Part shown: positions 1 to 9,657 of the stretch, in pieces
Layout: every line of letters starts with the position of its first letter
Numbering within the stretch: position 1 is the stretch's first letter
Origin: a virus
Direction: 5' to 3' (one strand)
Virus record (IMG/VR): IMGVR_UViG_3300018080_000099
Location: 1 to 64,000 of that record
DNA: 64,000 bases
Translations under genes and position numbers: made by a program
Notes under the pieces: generated by a model
What the model saw: the letters and a program-made list of their open reading frames with translations, nothing else
What the model was told of the DNA's origin: nothing
Database searches by the model: none

Positions 1-1
1 C

Positions 2-433
2 GTAGGACAGTGGGTTAAGGAAAGAAATCCACATTGTTTCTACACTTACGGCTCACATATCGAACCAATACAGAAAATCATCGAAGCTGTCAAGAAGGTA
101 GCCAAGGGTTACAACCTTGACGATTCTACTGCTGATGTCAAGTACGAGGACGGTTCCATCAAAGAAGGAAACCCAGTCGGAAAGATTAAGTGGACAAAGA
201 TGGTTCAGGAAGATGACTTGACATCCGAGGACAAGGCAAACACGAAGATGGATAAGAATGAAGAAGTCTTTGATGTCTACGAAGAGCCACAGGATATTAA
301 AACTGACAAGGCTCACATGTCCGGAACAAGCAAGTCCGACAAGCTTGATAAGAACGAAGGTTCTTATGATGTCAAAGAGGACTTTGCCAAGTTCAAGGCT
401 GAGAAGCTCAATGAGTCTGATAAGGAGGAATAA
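2..433 (+). CDS. hypothetical protein, 5' end outside window (open frame from window start, stop at 431-433)
   Basis: Frame-2 ORF with no stop from nt 2, acidic/Lys-rich C-terminus; ATG of next gene overlaps stop (TAATG). Confidence 0.45.
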   Translation, partial: VGQWVKERNPHCFYTYGSHIEPIQKIIEAVKKVAKGYNLDDSTADVKYEDGSIKEGNPVGKIKWTKMVQEDDLTSEDKANTKMDKNEEVFDVYEEPQDIKTDKAHMSGTSKSDKLDKNEGSYDVKEDFAKFKAEKLNESDKEE

Positions 434-1011
434 TGGGAATTCTCGACAACTTAGATAGATTCATGGTCGAGGACATGGACGTAATGGAAGTCATGAGGCA
501 GCTGAATCCTAAAAAGAAAAAGATGCTTGACGATATTACTAAGAAAAAGATTGCCAATGTCCATAGACCTGAAATGTGGGAAGTTGCCAAGCTCTCTGAT
601 GAGGAAGTTGACTTCCTGAAGAACTTGCAACTCCTGTATTCCGATGTGGAAGAAATCAGCTGGCTCAATAAGATTGTTGATAAGATTAAGCACACCCGAA
701 AAAGAGAACGAGAAATGGAGCCTGCTTTTGCAAGAGAGCCTGCCCTCAATCCTTTTGAAAGCTACAAGGCTTATTTGGAGTCCAAAGAGATTCCACAAAA
801 CATGGTAGCCGATTACGAGAAGCGCGCTAAAGCCGAAAGAGATGCCGGTGGAAGTGTAGAGATTGATGAAAGACTTCCAACCGTTGCTGTAACAATGAGT
901 GATGGTTCGGAATATTTCTTTCAGGAAACAGAAGCTTCAGAACTTTTGGACCAAGTTCCAGATAACATGTCACCAGAGGATTTTATCCTAGCTTATGCAC
1001 AGGGATGGTAA
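433..1011 (+). CDS. hypothetical protein (192 aa)
   Basis: ORF track; start overlaps upstream stop; coding-like composition. Confidence 0.55.
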   Translation: MGILDNLDRFMVEDMDVMEVMRQLNPKKKKMLDDITKKKIANVHRPEMWEVAKLSDEEVDFLKNLQLLYSDVEEISWLNKIVDKIKHTRKREREMEPAFAREPALNPFESYKAYLESKEIPQNMVADYEKRAKAERDAGGSVEIDERLPTVAVTMSDGSEYFFQETEASELLDQVPDNMSPEDFILAYAQGW

Positions 1012-1013
1012 CA

Positions 1014-1184
1014 ATGGGAATACTTGAAAGCATTGGTAAACTTATGGGCGAATCACAGGCATACTTTTGTAATACCTGTGGACAAAGAGCGGAACACGAA
1101 GAAATCGAAGAAAACCCAAGAATGAAGTGTTCCAACTGTGGAGACTCTGACTGGGTTAGCGAAAACGAATACGAAGAAAGATGA
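1014..1184 (+). CDS. small zinc-ribbon protein (56 aa; CxxC...CxxC)
   Basis: ATG 3 nt after upstream stop; MGILESIGK...CNTCG...CSNCG; overlaps next ATG. Confidence 0.4.
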   Translation: MGILESIGKLMGESQAYFCNTCGQRAEHEEIEENPRMKCSNCGDSDWVSENEYEER

Positions 1185-1396
1185 ACTTCAAAGACCATTA
1201 CTTCACTGAAAAGAAGAAGAAAAAGAAAAAGAAGTCATCGGCAACCAGAAGGTTTTCGATGGCTTCTTATTTTAACTCCAAGAAGTACGACAAGGGAGTT
1301 CACGGAACTCTTGACGTCGACCCCGGTGCTAACATAAGTGCCGGTGGAAACGGTGGTGCTGTTGGAGGCAATGGTGGCGGAGGCAACGGAGGATAA
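1181..1396 (+). CDS. small Lys/Gly-rich protein (poly-K then GGNGG repeats)
   Basis: ORF track; low-complexity, uncertain. Confidence 0.3.
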   Translation: MNFKDHYFTEKKKKKKKKSSATRRFSMASYFNSKKYDKGVHGTLDVDPGANISAGGNGGAVGGNGGGGNGG

Positions 1397-1420
1397 ATAC
1401 AGGCAACCAAGGAGGTTGTC

Positions 1421-1708
1421 ATGTATCGTTGTCAGTTCTGCGAATTTGAAACTAATGAACGAAGTTTAATCCACAAACATCATATCATACCTAAAGAGCT
1501 ACAAGGCTCCAACAAAGAAACAAATCGTGTCTATGTATGTGCTAACTGTCATGGACTAATCTACATTCCTGAAAGTCAATCAGGTCCGCATTCTATTCAG
1601 AAAGAAAACTCCATCATCATTAAGGGCTGGTTGTCATCTACCTCAGGCAGAGTTCTCCACTATTCTAACGGAGCTGAGGAAGATTATTTACTTGATAAAA
1701 ACCCTTGA
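1421..1708 (+). CDS. HNH-type endonuclease-like zinc-binding protein (95 aa)
   Basis: CQFC...HKHHIIPKE...N...CANCH motif pattern (HNH: H-H-N-H plus Cys pairs); RBS AAGGAGG upstream. Confidence 0.5.
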   Translation: MYRCQFCEFETNERSLIHKHHIIPKELQGSNKETNRVYVCANCHGLIYIPESQSGPHSIQKENSIIIKGWLSSTSGRVLHYSNGAEEDYLLDKNP

Positions 1709-1733
1709 CATTCCCTTGTGCAGATGTTATATT
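1705..1733 (+). promoter_or_regulatory. sigma70-type promoter TTGACA-17-TATATT (copy 1 of identical 37-bp element)
   Basis: aaaacccttgacattcccttgtgcagatgttatattat; identical copy at 1974-2002. Confidence 0.6.
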
Positions 1734-1761
1734 ATTATTGAACATTTGATAAGGAGAGGAT

Positions 1762-1968
1762 ATGTTGACAAAGAAGAAGATGGAACTTATTGCTGAGAAG
1801 ATTGAGCAACAGTTTGAAGTTGTTCAAGAAAATGCCATAAATGAATTGGTAGAAGATGGTCACCTTCACGCATCCGATGTTGATGGTGAATTGGTTAATT
1901 TTAAAGATATGATGTGTGAGTATCTTCAAGAGTTGATGTGGGAGAGAGTTCAAAAAGAATCTGAATAA
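1762..1968 (+). CDS. hypothetical acidic protein (68 aa)
   Basis: ORF track; RBS AGGAGAGGA; flanked by duplicated promoter. Confidence 0.5.
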   Translation: MLTKKKMELIAEKIEQQFEVVQENAINELVEDGHLHASDVDGELVNFKDMMCEYLQELMWERVQKESE

Positions 1969-1973
1969 AAACC

Positions 1974-2002
1974 TTGACATTCCCTTGTGCAGATGTTATA
2001 TT
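1974..2002 (+). promoter_or_regulatory. sigma70-type promoter TTGACA-17-TATATT (copy 2)
   Basis: identical to 1705-1733 element; precedes ligA RBS GAAAGGAG. Confidence 0.6.
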
Positions 2003-2045
2003 ATGGTATTGGTACTGAATACAGTACCTTTGAAAGGAGCCATAC

Positions 2046-3995
2046 ATGTCGGACAGAGAACCGTCAATGCCTTATGAGGATATGAAGCGCACCCTCATTC
2101 GTGCATGTGATTCGTACTACAACAAGTCTTTCTCTGAGATGTCAGACAAAGACTTCGATGCGCTGAAAGATGAGTTCAGGTATCATTGGCCTGACGACCC
2201 CTTCTTGAAAACCATCGGTGCTCCGCCTCCCGAAGTCTCGGAATGGGAAAAGACGAAGCACGCAATCCCCATGTATTCCTGCAACAAGGTGAACACTCCC
2301 GATGAACTGGAAGAGTGGGCGACTGGCAACGGTGGTGCCGATGCTGAGTTGATGACTTCAGAGAAGCTCGATGGTATCAGCATTGACATTCCGTACATGG
2401 AAGGAAACATCACCCATGCCATTACCCGCGGTGATGGTGAGATTGGCGAGAACATCCTGAGCAATGCCGTGAGGTTTCAGGGTGTCAAGCAGACTCTTCC
2501 CATCAAGTACTCTGGCAGTGTGCGTGGTGAAGTGATGATGAAGAAGTCTGACCTCAAGGCTGTGAATCTCATTTGTGAGGAGCGCGGCATCCATCCTTAC
2601 CAGAATGTAAGGAACGCGGCATCCGGCATCGCCCGAAATCAGGACGGAACATTCTCGGAATATCTGTTCGTGCAGTTCTACTATGCTTCGGGTGACTTCA
2701 AGACCAAGAAAGAGATGTTTGAATTCATTGAGAATACTCTTGGCTTGCCGACATCCCGACACTTCCACGGCAATCTTGAAACGGCTAAGGTTGTTTACAA
2801 TGAGTATGAGCAATCTATCAGAGCCAGTTTGGACCACGAGATTGATGGCTTGGTTGTGGAGTTCGACAATCTTGCCTTGCAAGAACAGCTTGGCATGAAG
2901 AACGAGAATCTTCGTGGACAGATTGCCTTCAAGTTTACAAGTGAGAAAGTCCAAACCAAAGTTGTCGGTGTGGATTGGCAACTTGGAACTCAGGGCAGAC
3001 TCACTCCTGTTCTGCATATGGAAGCAGTTGCTCTCGCGGGAGTCACTGTCAGAAAAGCTTCAGTCCACAATCTGCAAATCTTCTATGAGTTCAATTTCCA
3101 CGAAGGCGATACCATTTTGGTTGAAAGAGCCAACGATGTTATCCCTCAGGTGGTCAAGAATCTCAGCAACCATCCCGGACAGGAGAGAGGACAGAAGCTT
3201 ACTGTTCCGACTGAATGTCCTGTATGTGGTTCGCGCCCTGAGTTCACCGACAAGTTCCTGATGTGTGTCAATCCCGATTGTGCCGGTGGTAAGCTTGGAA
3301 GCCTTATCAAATGGGTGAAGAAGCTCGACCTCAAAGGCATTGGTGGAAGCACATTGGAGAGGCTTTACAATTCTGGGTATGTCCAAACCCCGGCAGACCT
3401 GTACAAGCTCAGGCCCGAAATGATATGCGAGATGGAAGGCTTCGGTCGTAGCTCTGCCAACAAAATCATAGACACTCTGAATGCCAAGAAGGAGCTTACC
3501 CTTGTTGAGTTCATTGGTGGATTGAACATGGTTGGATTTGGCAGGGGAACGGCAAAGAAGTTGATTAAGGGTGGTTATGATACGGTGGACAAGATAATCA
3601 ATGCTGGGATAGCTCAGATAGCTGAGGTAGGTGGTATCGGAGTTGTCACAGCCCAAAGCATACATTCTGGTTTGAAGAAAAAGGCAGACGTTATAGAGCA
3701 GTTGTTTGCCAATGGCATTACAATCAAGGAGGCGGTAAAGATGGGTTCAAAGGGTTCTACTCACCCACTCTCAGGCAAGTCTGTGGTGTTCACGGGCAAG
3801 TTGAGTCTGGTGAGAAAAGAAGCACAAGCAATGGTAGAATCAGTGGGTGGAAGTTGTCCTTCGTCAATCAGTCAGGACACCGACTACCTCGTGATTGCTG
3901 ACCCGACATCAACTTCTTCTAAGGCTCAGAAGGCCCGCAAGTGGGGCATCAATCTGATTGGAGAAGCTGAGTTCTTGGCAATGATGGGCAAGTAA
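2046..3995 (+). CDS. ligA: NAD+-dependent DNA ligase LigA (649 aa)
   Basis: KxDG adenylation motif (EKLDGISI), OB fold, Cys4 Zn finger (CPVCGS...CVNPDC), HhH repeats, C-terminal BRCT (KSVVFTGKL...). Confidence 0.9.
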   Translation: MSDREPSMPYEDMKRTLIRACDSYYNKSFSEMSDKDFDALKDEFRYHWPDDPFLKTIGAPPPEVSEWEKTKHAIPMYSCNKVNTPDELEEWATGNGGADAELMTSEKLDGISIDIPYMEGNITHAITRGDGEIGENILSNAVRFQGVKQTLPIKYSGSVRGEVMMKKSDLKAVNLICEERGIHPYQNVRNAASGIARNQDGTFSEYLFVQFYYASGDFKTKKEMFEFIENTLGLPTSRHFHGNLETAKVVYNEYEQSIRASLDHEIDGLVVEFDNLALQEQLGMKNENLRGQIAFKFTSEKVQTKVVGVDWQLGTQGRLTPVLHMEAVALAGVTVRKASVHNLQIFYEFNFHEGDTILVERANDVIPQVVKNLSNHPGQERGQKLTVPTECPVCGSRPEFTDKFLMCVNPDCAGGKLGSLIKWVKKLDLKGIGGSTLERLYNSGYVQTPADLYKLRPEMICEMEGFGRSSANKIIDTLNAKKELTLVEFIGGLNMVGFGRGTAKKLIKGGYDTVDKIINAGIAQIAEVGGIGVVTAQSIHSGLKKKADVIEQLFANGITIKEAVKMGSKGSTHPLSGKSVVFTGKLSLVRKEAQAMVESVGGSCPSSISQDTDYLVIADPTSTSSKAQKARKWGINLIGEAEFLAMMGK

Positions 3996-4040
3996 GTTCA
4001 GGCTCTCCTTGATATAAATACTTGTATCAAGGAGGGTGTT

Positions 4041-4250
4041 ATGGACTTACATCTCTGGTTACTTATCTACTTATCAGGAGCCGGTGCGACTGCACTGTTC
4101 TTCTGTATTGCTTATTTGTACTACTGGTACAATGAAAGTATCCGCTTTACCTTCAAGGACTTCTTGGGAGTCGTAGCTGGAACAGTATTGTGGCCCGGCT
4201 TCTGGGTCATATGGATTGCAAGCAAGGTAGGAGATTGGTTGACTTCATGA
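4041..4250 (+). CDS. small membrane protein (2 TM)
   Basis: hydrophobic helices; RBS AAGGAGGG. Confidence 0.45.
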   Translation: MDLHLWLLIYLSGAGATALFFCIAYLYYWYNESIRFTFKDFLGVVAGTVLWPGFWVIWIASKVGDWLTS

Positions 4251-4573
4251 TTACTGAAATTCAGAAAGTTGAACAAATCCCTCAAGAGGGATTGGTTGTC
4301 GTGGTGGTGTTAGTCGGCAACCGCGCTCCTTGTGTCAAGTACCTTAACTACTTCCGCCAAGCAATGGGTATCTTGGAAGACCCCAAAAAAAATCCAGCTA
4401 ACGCAAAGTACTTCACCCTTACATGGAACAATGAAGTCAAGACGGCATTGAACCTTCACGGAATGCCAACTACTATTGTATATAAGGACGGCGAAGAAAA
4501 GAAACGCTTCGTTGGACACTTTTGGAGCCAGTTTGAAATAGCTCAGTTCATTGGGGAAGGATTCGCCAAATAG
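4248..4573 (+). CDS. thioredoxin-fold protein (monothiol-like, 108 aa)
   Basis: ATGA overlap with upstream stop; ...VVLVGNRAPCVKY... and cis-Pro-like GMPTTIVYKDGEE pattern typical of thioredoxin fold. Confidence 0.4.
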
Positions 4574-4619
4574 ACATCAAATCTCCTTCGTATAAATATC
4601 AGAAACGAAGGAGGTTTGT

Positions 4620-5009
4620 ATGGAGTTACCTGAAAGTATTAGGCCTGAGTTCTACGAGAAGCATAAGTATCTTTTCGAACTCATGCATGTTGAACGCCCA
4701 CACTATCCTATTCGATGGGGCTACGAGGTTGGTAAAGGATGGATTCCTATTATTGAGAAGTTCATTGAGAAGCTTGACGAAATAGACACTGACAACGTTG
4801 TTCGGATATTTCAGATTAAGGAGAAGTTCGGAACGCTTAGACTATATCTTGAGCACTCTACAAAAGAAGCTGAAAGACTTGTAGATGCCTATGAAACAAT
4901 GGCGAACTTCGTCTGTGAAGAATGCGGAGCGCCCGGCGAATATCGTGGAGGTTTGAGTTGGGTTCAAACACTTTGTGACGATTGCTATGAAAAAGCAAGA
5001 AACAAATGA
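4620..5009 (+). CDS. hypothetical protein with C-terminal CxxC...CxxC
   Basis: ORF track; RBS GAAGGAGG. Confidence 0.5.
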   Translation: MELPESIRPEFYEKHKYLFELMHVERPHYPIRWGYEVGKGWIPIIEKFIEKLDEIDTDNVVRIFQIKEKFGTLRLYLEHSTKEAERLVDAYETMANFVCEECGAPGEYRGGLSWVQTLCDDCYEKARNK

Positions 5010-5373
5010 GTGTAAGCGTTGTGGGAAATGCTGTATCACTGTCGCAATCCCTATTGAGTTCGAGTACGTCGCCGACCCAAGGACAGTAGACAATATCAAG
5101 TGGATGCTGTCACACCCCAATATCAGTCTAGCTAGAGACAATCATGGCAAGTGGGCTGTCATTGTCCACGACAAGTGCATTCACTACAACCACGTTTTTG
5201 CTGAGTGTGCTATCTATGAAGACCGCTTCCAGATATGTATGGAGCATGACCCTAATCGCTGTTTGTCAAGTGGTAAAGCAACAGATGGTGTAGTCTTTGA
5301 CACGCCTGATGAGTTCCTGAACTGGCTTGACAACCCGTGGAGAAAAGATGAATCGGAAGGAAACGAAGAATAG
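4975..5373 (+). CDS. hypothetical Cys-rich protein (CKRCGKCC)
   Basis: ORF track; start uncertain (4975 or 4987). Confidence 0.4.
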   Translation: MTIAMKKQETNECKRCGKCCITVAIPIEFEYVADPRTVDNIKWMLSHPNISLARDNHGKWAVIVHDKCIHYNHVFAECAIYEDRFQICMEHDPNRCLSSGKATDGVVFDTPDEFLNWLDNPWRKDESEGNEE

Positions 5374-5608
5374 ATTTGTTGAGCTAACCAAAGAGTTGCT
5401 TACAATTCAGGAGTCCCTCCCACCTAGTGACTTTCTCAGAAGTCGGATTAAAGTTCTCACGCAAGGTATCGAAAATGAATCCCTTGACTATGAAAAGGGG
5501 ATGACATATATTTTGGTTAATGCAAAGAAAGCCAAGCGCCCACAAAGCATTGCAGTATGGGCTAAGGTAATTAAGGCATTCAAGAGTTACTTTGAAGATA
5601 CCAAATAA
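5348..5608 (+). CDS. hypothetical protein (86 aa)
   Basis: in-frame ATG with RBS GGAGAAAAG inside ORF 5327..5608. Confidence 0.4.
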   Translation: MNRKETKNRFVELTKELLTIQESLPPSDFLRSRIKVLTQGIENESLDYEKGMTYILVNAKKAKRPQSIAVWAKVIKAFKSYFEDTK

Positions 5609-5636
5609 CCCTCTTATCAGTTGAAAGGAGTTCATC

Positions 5637-6161
5637 ATGAACGTCACTGAGAAGCGTGCCACTGTGACTGAATTGGTCCAGCGTGTGACTGCATCCAACA
5701 AGAACTACGCGAAGTACAGCAATCCAAAGGTAGAATGGAATGCTGAACCCGAAGCCCCACAGCAGCCAGAAATTGAGCTGTCGCCCAAGGCAAAGAAGAT
5801 TCAGAAGTTCATCAATAGTAGCGAAAGGCCTTTTGGATGTTACACCAACGATGTCCTGAAACTTATGGCATTTATCACCGATGAGCCCCTTCATAAGGGT
5901 GTTACACCGGAAAGGTCCGCATTGGAAGAGTGGGATGTTGAGGATGTTGGCCCGAAGCTTTTCTCGGCAGTCCTGTTCTGTGACTACGATGATGGTCCTC
6001 AGCATGTCCAAATCATTGTCCAGAAGTCTAGTGGCGAATACTACGACCAAGACGGAGAAGAACTGGGAGAGATGTATCGGTATGCTACTCCTGAGGAAAT
6101 CGCACAGTGCATCAAAAGGATGTCCGCCAGCGACCTCGAACAATTCGACTTCTTGTTCTAA
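5637..6161 (+). CDS. hypothetical protein, paralog family A (VT-SNK-Y-KYS ... YATxEEI ... F(D/E)FLF)
   Basis: shares N- and C-terminal motifs with 6176..6679 and 7087..7569. Confidence 0.55.
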   Translation: MNVTEKRATVTELVQRVTASNKNYAKYSNPKVEWNAEPEAPQQPEIELSPKAKKIQKFINSSERPFGCYTNDVLKLMAFITDEPLHKGVTPERSALEEWDVEDVGPKLFSAVLFCDYDDGPQHVQIIVQKSSGEYYDQDGEELGEMYRYATPEEIAQCIKRMSASDLEQFDFLF

Positions 6162-6175
6162 GAAAGGCGCGTATT

Positions 6176-6679
6176 ATGAACATGACAGAAAAACGCAAAG
6201 CCGTTGCCGACTTTGTTAAGAAGGTAACGCGCTCCAACAAAGAGTACAAGAAGTACAGTAAGGCTCAGCTACAACAGGAAGAGGTTTTCGAAAAACTCTC
6301 TCCCAAGGCTAAGGAAGTCCAGCAGTATCTGAGCGAAGGCGAACCTTTCGGATGTCACAATTCCAAAGTCGCTAAGCTGATTTCAAAGGTCATGGGTGAA
6401 AATATTATTATCTCGAACCCTGATGAGTACGTTGGGTATGATTTTGGAAAACTGGATTATTGGCCCAAGTTGTACTCAGCCATTGTTATTCCATGTCACG
6501 GTGCCGGTTCGATTGTGACAAACTTTACCGTCTACTGGCAGGATGGTGAACTTCACGATGAAGAAGGTGAAGAATGTCTCTCCATGCTTCGGTATGCCAC
6601 GGATGAAGAAATCGACGCCGCCTGTAAAAAACTGACTAACAAAACCATCGAGGAGTGCTTCGACTTCTTGATTGACTGA
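6176..6679 (+). CDS. hypothetical protein, paralog family A
   Basis: MNMTEKRKAVADFVKKVTRSNKEYKKYS...LRYATDEEI...CFDFLID; start chosen at ATG with RBS. Confidence 0.55.
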   Translation: MNMTEKRKAVADFVKKVTRSNKEYKKYSKAQLQQEEVFEKLSPKAKEVQQYLSEGEPFGCHNSKVAKLISKVMGENIIISNPDEYVGYDFGKLDYWPKLYSAIVIPCHGAGSIVTNFTVYWQDGELHDEEGEECLSMLRYATDEEIDAACKKLTNKTIEECFDFLID

Positions 6680-6690
6680 AAGGAACCATA

Positions 6691-7074
6691 ATGAAAAAGT
6701 TTATCGGGATTGCTTTTGTAGCAATCATGCTGCTGTCCGTGGGATGTGCCCGGCTCATGGATGGATTTAAAGCCAAGGGCGGAATCATCACATCCCACTA
6801 CGCACCTTATATTGTAATCAGTCAGTCCGGCGGACTTATCATGGATGTGTACAAGCTTCGTAGAGCAATTGTACAAAGTCCTTCATACTCTGATGGTTGG
6901 TTGTTTGTGACTGATGATGGTACTCCTATCTTTGTCGGAGGCGATGTTAAAACACTCAGACTCAAATCAGCATCCGGCGAACTGTGGGATAAGTACCACG
7001 AATACCACATGGAGTTCGAGTCGATGACGTATCGTGAACTTTATCATCCACAGGGCAACGTGGTTGTGCCGTAG
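6691..7074 (+). CDS. predicted lipoprotein (signal peptide + lipobox LSVGC)
   Basis: MKKFIGIAFVAIMLLSVGC; RBS AAAGGAACC. Confidence 0.5.
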   Translation: MKKFIGIAFVAIMLLSVGCARLMDGFKAKGGIITSHYAPYIVISQSGGLIMDVYKLRRAIVQSPSYSDGWLFVTDDGTPIFVGGDVKTLRLKSASGELWDKYHEYHMEFESMTYRELYHPQGNVVVP

Positions 7075-7086
7075 GAGGGCAAGAAT

Positions 7087-7569
7087 ATGGATAAGGAAAA
7101 AGTCATTGCCTTCGTCACGAAAGCTACGCACTCCAACAAGAACTATGCGGAGTACTCTCTAAAGGACAAACCCCAGCCGGTCGACGAAGTTGGAAAATCA
7201 GTTGAACAGACACGGAGAGGACAAAAGATTCAGAAGATTCTTGACAAGTCGAAATATGAGTACTTCGATGAAATGGTTGAAATCTTTGGAATTCTGTGTG
7301 ATAGTAAGCTCGTCAACACCACGCAGGCCGAGGACGAAGATGATGACGAATTTTATGACATCGACGCAGCAAATCCTAAGAAGTATTCTGCTATCCTCGA
7401 TGATGACAACGATTTGGTAATAATTACCGAAAATAAGCACGGTAGTTACTATGCTGGGGATTGCGAAATTTGTGGCTTTAAAAGATATGCTACAGACGAA
7501 GAAATCCGTCAAATGATTGATAAAAATGATAATGATGAGCTGGATGAATTCGAATTTCTTTTCTATTAA
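7087..7569 (+). CDS. hypothetical protein, paralog family A
   Basis: MDKEKVIAFVTKATHSNKNYAEYS...KRYATDEEI...EFEFLFY. Confidence 0.55.
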   Translation: MDKEKVIAFVTKATHSNKNYAEYSLKDKPQPVDEVGKSVEQTRRGQKIQKILDKSKYEYFDEMVEIFGILCDSKLVNTTQAEDEDDDEFYDIDAANPKKYSAILDDDNDLVIITENKHGSYYAGDCEICGFKRYATDEEIRQMIDKNDNDELDEFEFLFY

Positions 7570-7586
7570 CTACATGGAGGAAGCCT

Positions 7587-8156
7587 ATGAAAATCTTTGT
7601 TGACGTGGACACACAGGGAGACTTCGTCAATCCTGACGGAGCACTTGCAGTGCCAAATGCCGAAACCATCCGGCCCATTCTCGCCAACCTGACAAAGCTG
7701 GCGAAGGACCAAGACATTCCCATCATCAAAACGATGGACGAGCATGATGGTTCGGAACCTGAAATGTCGTGCAATGGTGGCCCTTTCCCTCTCCACTGTA
7801 TGGAAGGTACCGAGGGACAGGCGAGCATCATCGAAACCGGAACCAAGAAGGCAAAGATATTCACCAAGAAGTGTTACAATGTCTTTGACGAGAAGCTTGG
7901 GAATCCGTACATTGCCAACTGGCTCAGGGATAACAAAGTCACGGAAGCATGGGTGTACGGACTTGTCGGTAACATCTGTGTGGAAGCGGCAGTCATGGGC
8001 TTGGTAGGACATGGCATTAAGACTTTCGTCTTTGAGAATGCTGTGGTATGGATGGACTTGGATGAAGGCATCTTCGTGAAGGGGCCTGACAATAAGGAAC
8101 AGTCTGTTGCCAGAATGAGAAAGGCAGGCGCAATCTTCGCACAAGCGAGACTATAA
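7587..8156 (+). CDS. pncA: nicotinamidase / isochorismatase-family hydrolase (PncA-like)
   Basis: VDxQxDF N-terminal motif (KIFVDVDTQGDFV), conserved Lys and catalytic Cys context (GLVGNICVEAAV). Confidence 0.7.
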   Translation: MKIFVDVDTQGDFVNPDGALAVPNAETIRPILANLTKLAKDQDIPIIKTMDEHDGSEPEMSCNGGPFPLHCMEGTEGQASIIETGTKKAKIFTKKCYNVFDEKLGNPYIANWLRDNKVTEAWVYGLVGNICVEAAVMGLVGHGIKTFVFENAVVWMDLDEGIFVKGPDNKEQSVARMRKAGAIFAQARL

Positions 8157-8166
8157 AGGACGAATA

Positions 8167-9006
8167 ATGGAAATCGACGGTAAGGTAGTAGCGGAACGTG
8201 CCCGTGAGATACTGAAGGAGTACGTTAAAGAAAGCGGGATTCGCAGTCTCGTCATTGGAGTTTCAGGTGGAGTGGATTCGGCAGTGTGTTGTGCATTGGC
8301 TTATCCAGTTTGCATAGAGCTTGGCATCCCTCTCTTGGGAATCAGCATCCCGATTGACTCCAATAAGCAGGACGAAATCCAAAGAGCCAAGCTTGTTGGT
8401 GAGTCACTCTGTACTAAGTTCCAAGAGATTGACAAGACGGCAATGTATAAGCTGACTTTGGGCGACATTGCAGACAGAGACAAAACAATCCTTGCCGACA
8501 ACCACGCAGCTAGAGTACGTCGAGGGAACATCAAAGCCCGAATGCGAATGATAGAGCTGTACGACGCGGCTCAAGCCACGGGCGGTATGGTTCTGTCAAC
8601 TGACAACCTGACGGAGTACTTGTTAGGCTTCTGGACTCTCCACGGCGATGTGGGCGACTTCGGAATGATTCAAGAACTGTGGAAGATGGAAGTCTATCAA
8701 CTCGCTACATACCTTGCCAAGGAATCTGAAGCATCTAATCCCGTTGGAACCTCAGCAATGGTGAGATGTGCTCAGGCAACCCCGACTGACGGACTGGGTG
8801 TGAGTGAAAGCGACCTTGAACAACTCGGTGCCGAAAGCTACGAGAAGGTCGACGACATTCTGAACTTCCATACCATCATCGGTTACAGGATGCCTGAAAA
8901 GGAAAATTGTCCTGTCATCCAAAGGCACAAAGCATCACGCTACAAAAGAGACAACCCGTTCAACATTAAGCGTAGTATGCTTTTGGATGAGGAGGACGAT
9001 GAATGA
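8167..9006 (+). CDS. nadE: NH3-dependent NAD+ synthetase NadE
   Basis: PP-loop SGGVDS (GVSGGVDSAV), NAD synthetase signature regions; ATGA overlap with next gene. Confidence 0.8.
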   Translation: MEIDGKVVAERAREILKEYVKESGIRSLVIGVSGGVDSAVCCALAYPVCIELGIPLLGISIPIDSNKQDEIQRAKLVGESLCTKFQEIDKTAMYKLTLGDIADRDKTILADNHAARVRRGNIKARMRMIELYDAAQATGGMVLSTDNLTEYLLGFWTLHGDVGDFGMIQELWKMEVYQLATYLAKESEASNPVGTSAMVRCAQATPTDGLGVSESDLEQLGAESYEKVDDILNFHTIIGYRMPEKENCPVIQRHKASRYKRDNPFNIKRSMLLDEEDDE

Positions 9007-9653
9007 AACTAGGTATCTTCGGTGGAGCATTTGACCCTCCACACAAAGTCCACTGGGGAATTGTCAATCAGCTCTTGGACAATAAGCATCTTGACAAAAT
9101 CATTGTGATGCCATCTTTCCAGAAGATGGGTAAGGACACATGGGCTACTCCTGAGCAACGGTTAGACATGTGCCATAAATGCTTTGCTGAGTTTACTCCT
9201 GAAGTCATTGTCAGTGATTGGGAAATCCGTAACCAAACCGAAGGACATGCTCTCGAAACTTACCGGCACGTCGTGGAAGATGAAAAAGTCAAGGCAATTT
9301 TCAATGCTACCGAGGAACCAGATGTTTACTTCATTATTGGTGGTGACTGTGCTAGAAACATTGAGAAGTGGTGGCACTACGATGAACTCAAGCACGAAAT
9401 GATGTTTTGTGTTTTTGACAGGCCGAATCACACAGTAACCAATATTACTCCCGGCAGAGGATGTATTCACATTCCATACTACAACAGCAAAGTCTATGAT
9501 GATGTTTCATCTTCCAAAGTCCGATACCAGCTTGCTCGTGGTTTGGATTCAAGCTTTGAAGCAAATACTCATCCCGCTGTCCGAAAGTACATTCGGGATA
9601 ACAACCTTTATCGTCAGCCTGAGCTAGGCGAGGCTAAGTACTTAAGAGGATAA
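9003..9653 (+). CDS. nadD: nicotinate/nicotinamide mononucleotide adenylyltransferase (NadD/NMNAT family)
   Basis: cytidylyltransferase (H/T)xGH motif GGAFDPPHKVH; size ~216 aa. Confidence 0.7.
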   Translation: MKLGIFGGAFDPPHKVHWGIVNQLLDNKHLDKIIVMPSFQKMGKDTWATPEQRLDMCHKCFAEFTPEVIVSDWEIRNQTEGHALETYRHVVEDEKVKAIFNATEEPDVYFIIGGDCARNIEKWWHYDELKHEMMFCVFDRPNHTVTNITPGRGCIHIPYYNSKVYDDVSSSKVRYQLARGLDSSFEANTHPAVRKYIRDNNLYRQPELGEAKYLRG

Positions 9654-9657
9654 TACT

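Noticed and set aside
2358-3665. Long - strand ORFs (2358..3017, 3060..3665) inside ligA
   Set aside because: Antisense to a confidently identified ligase gene with full motif set; typical shadow ORFs.
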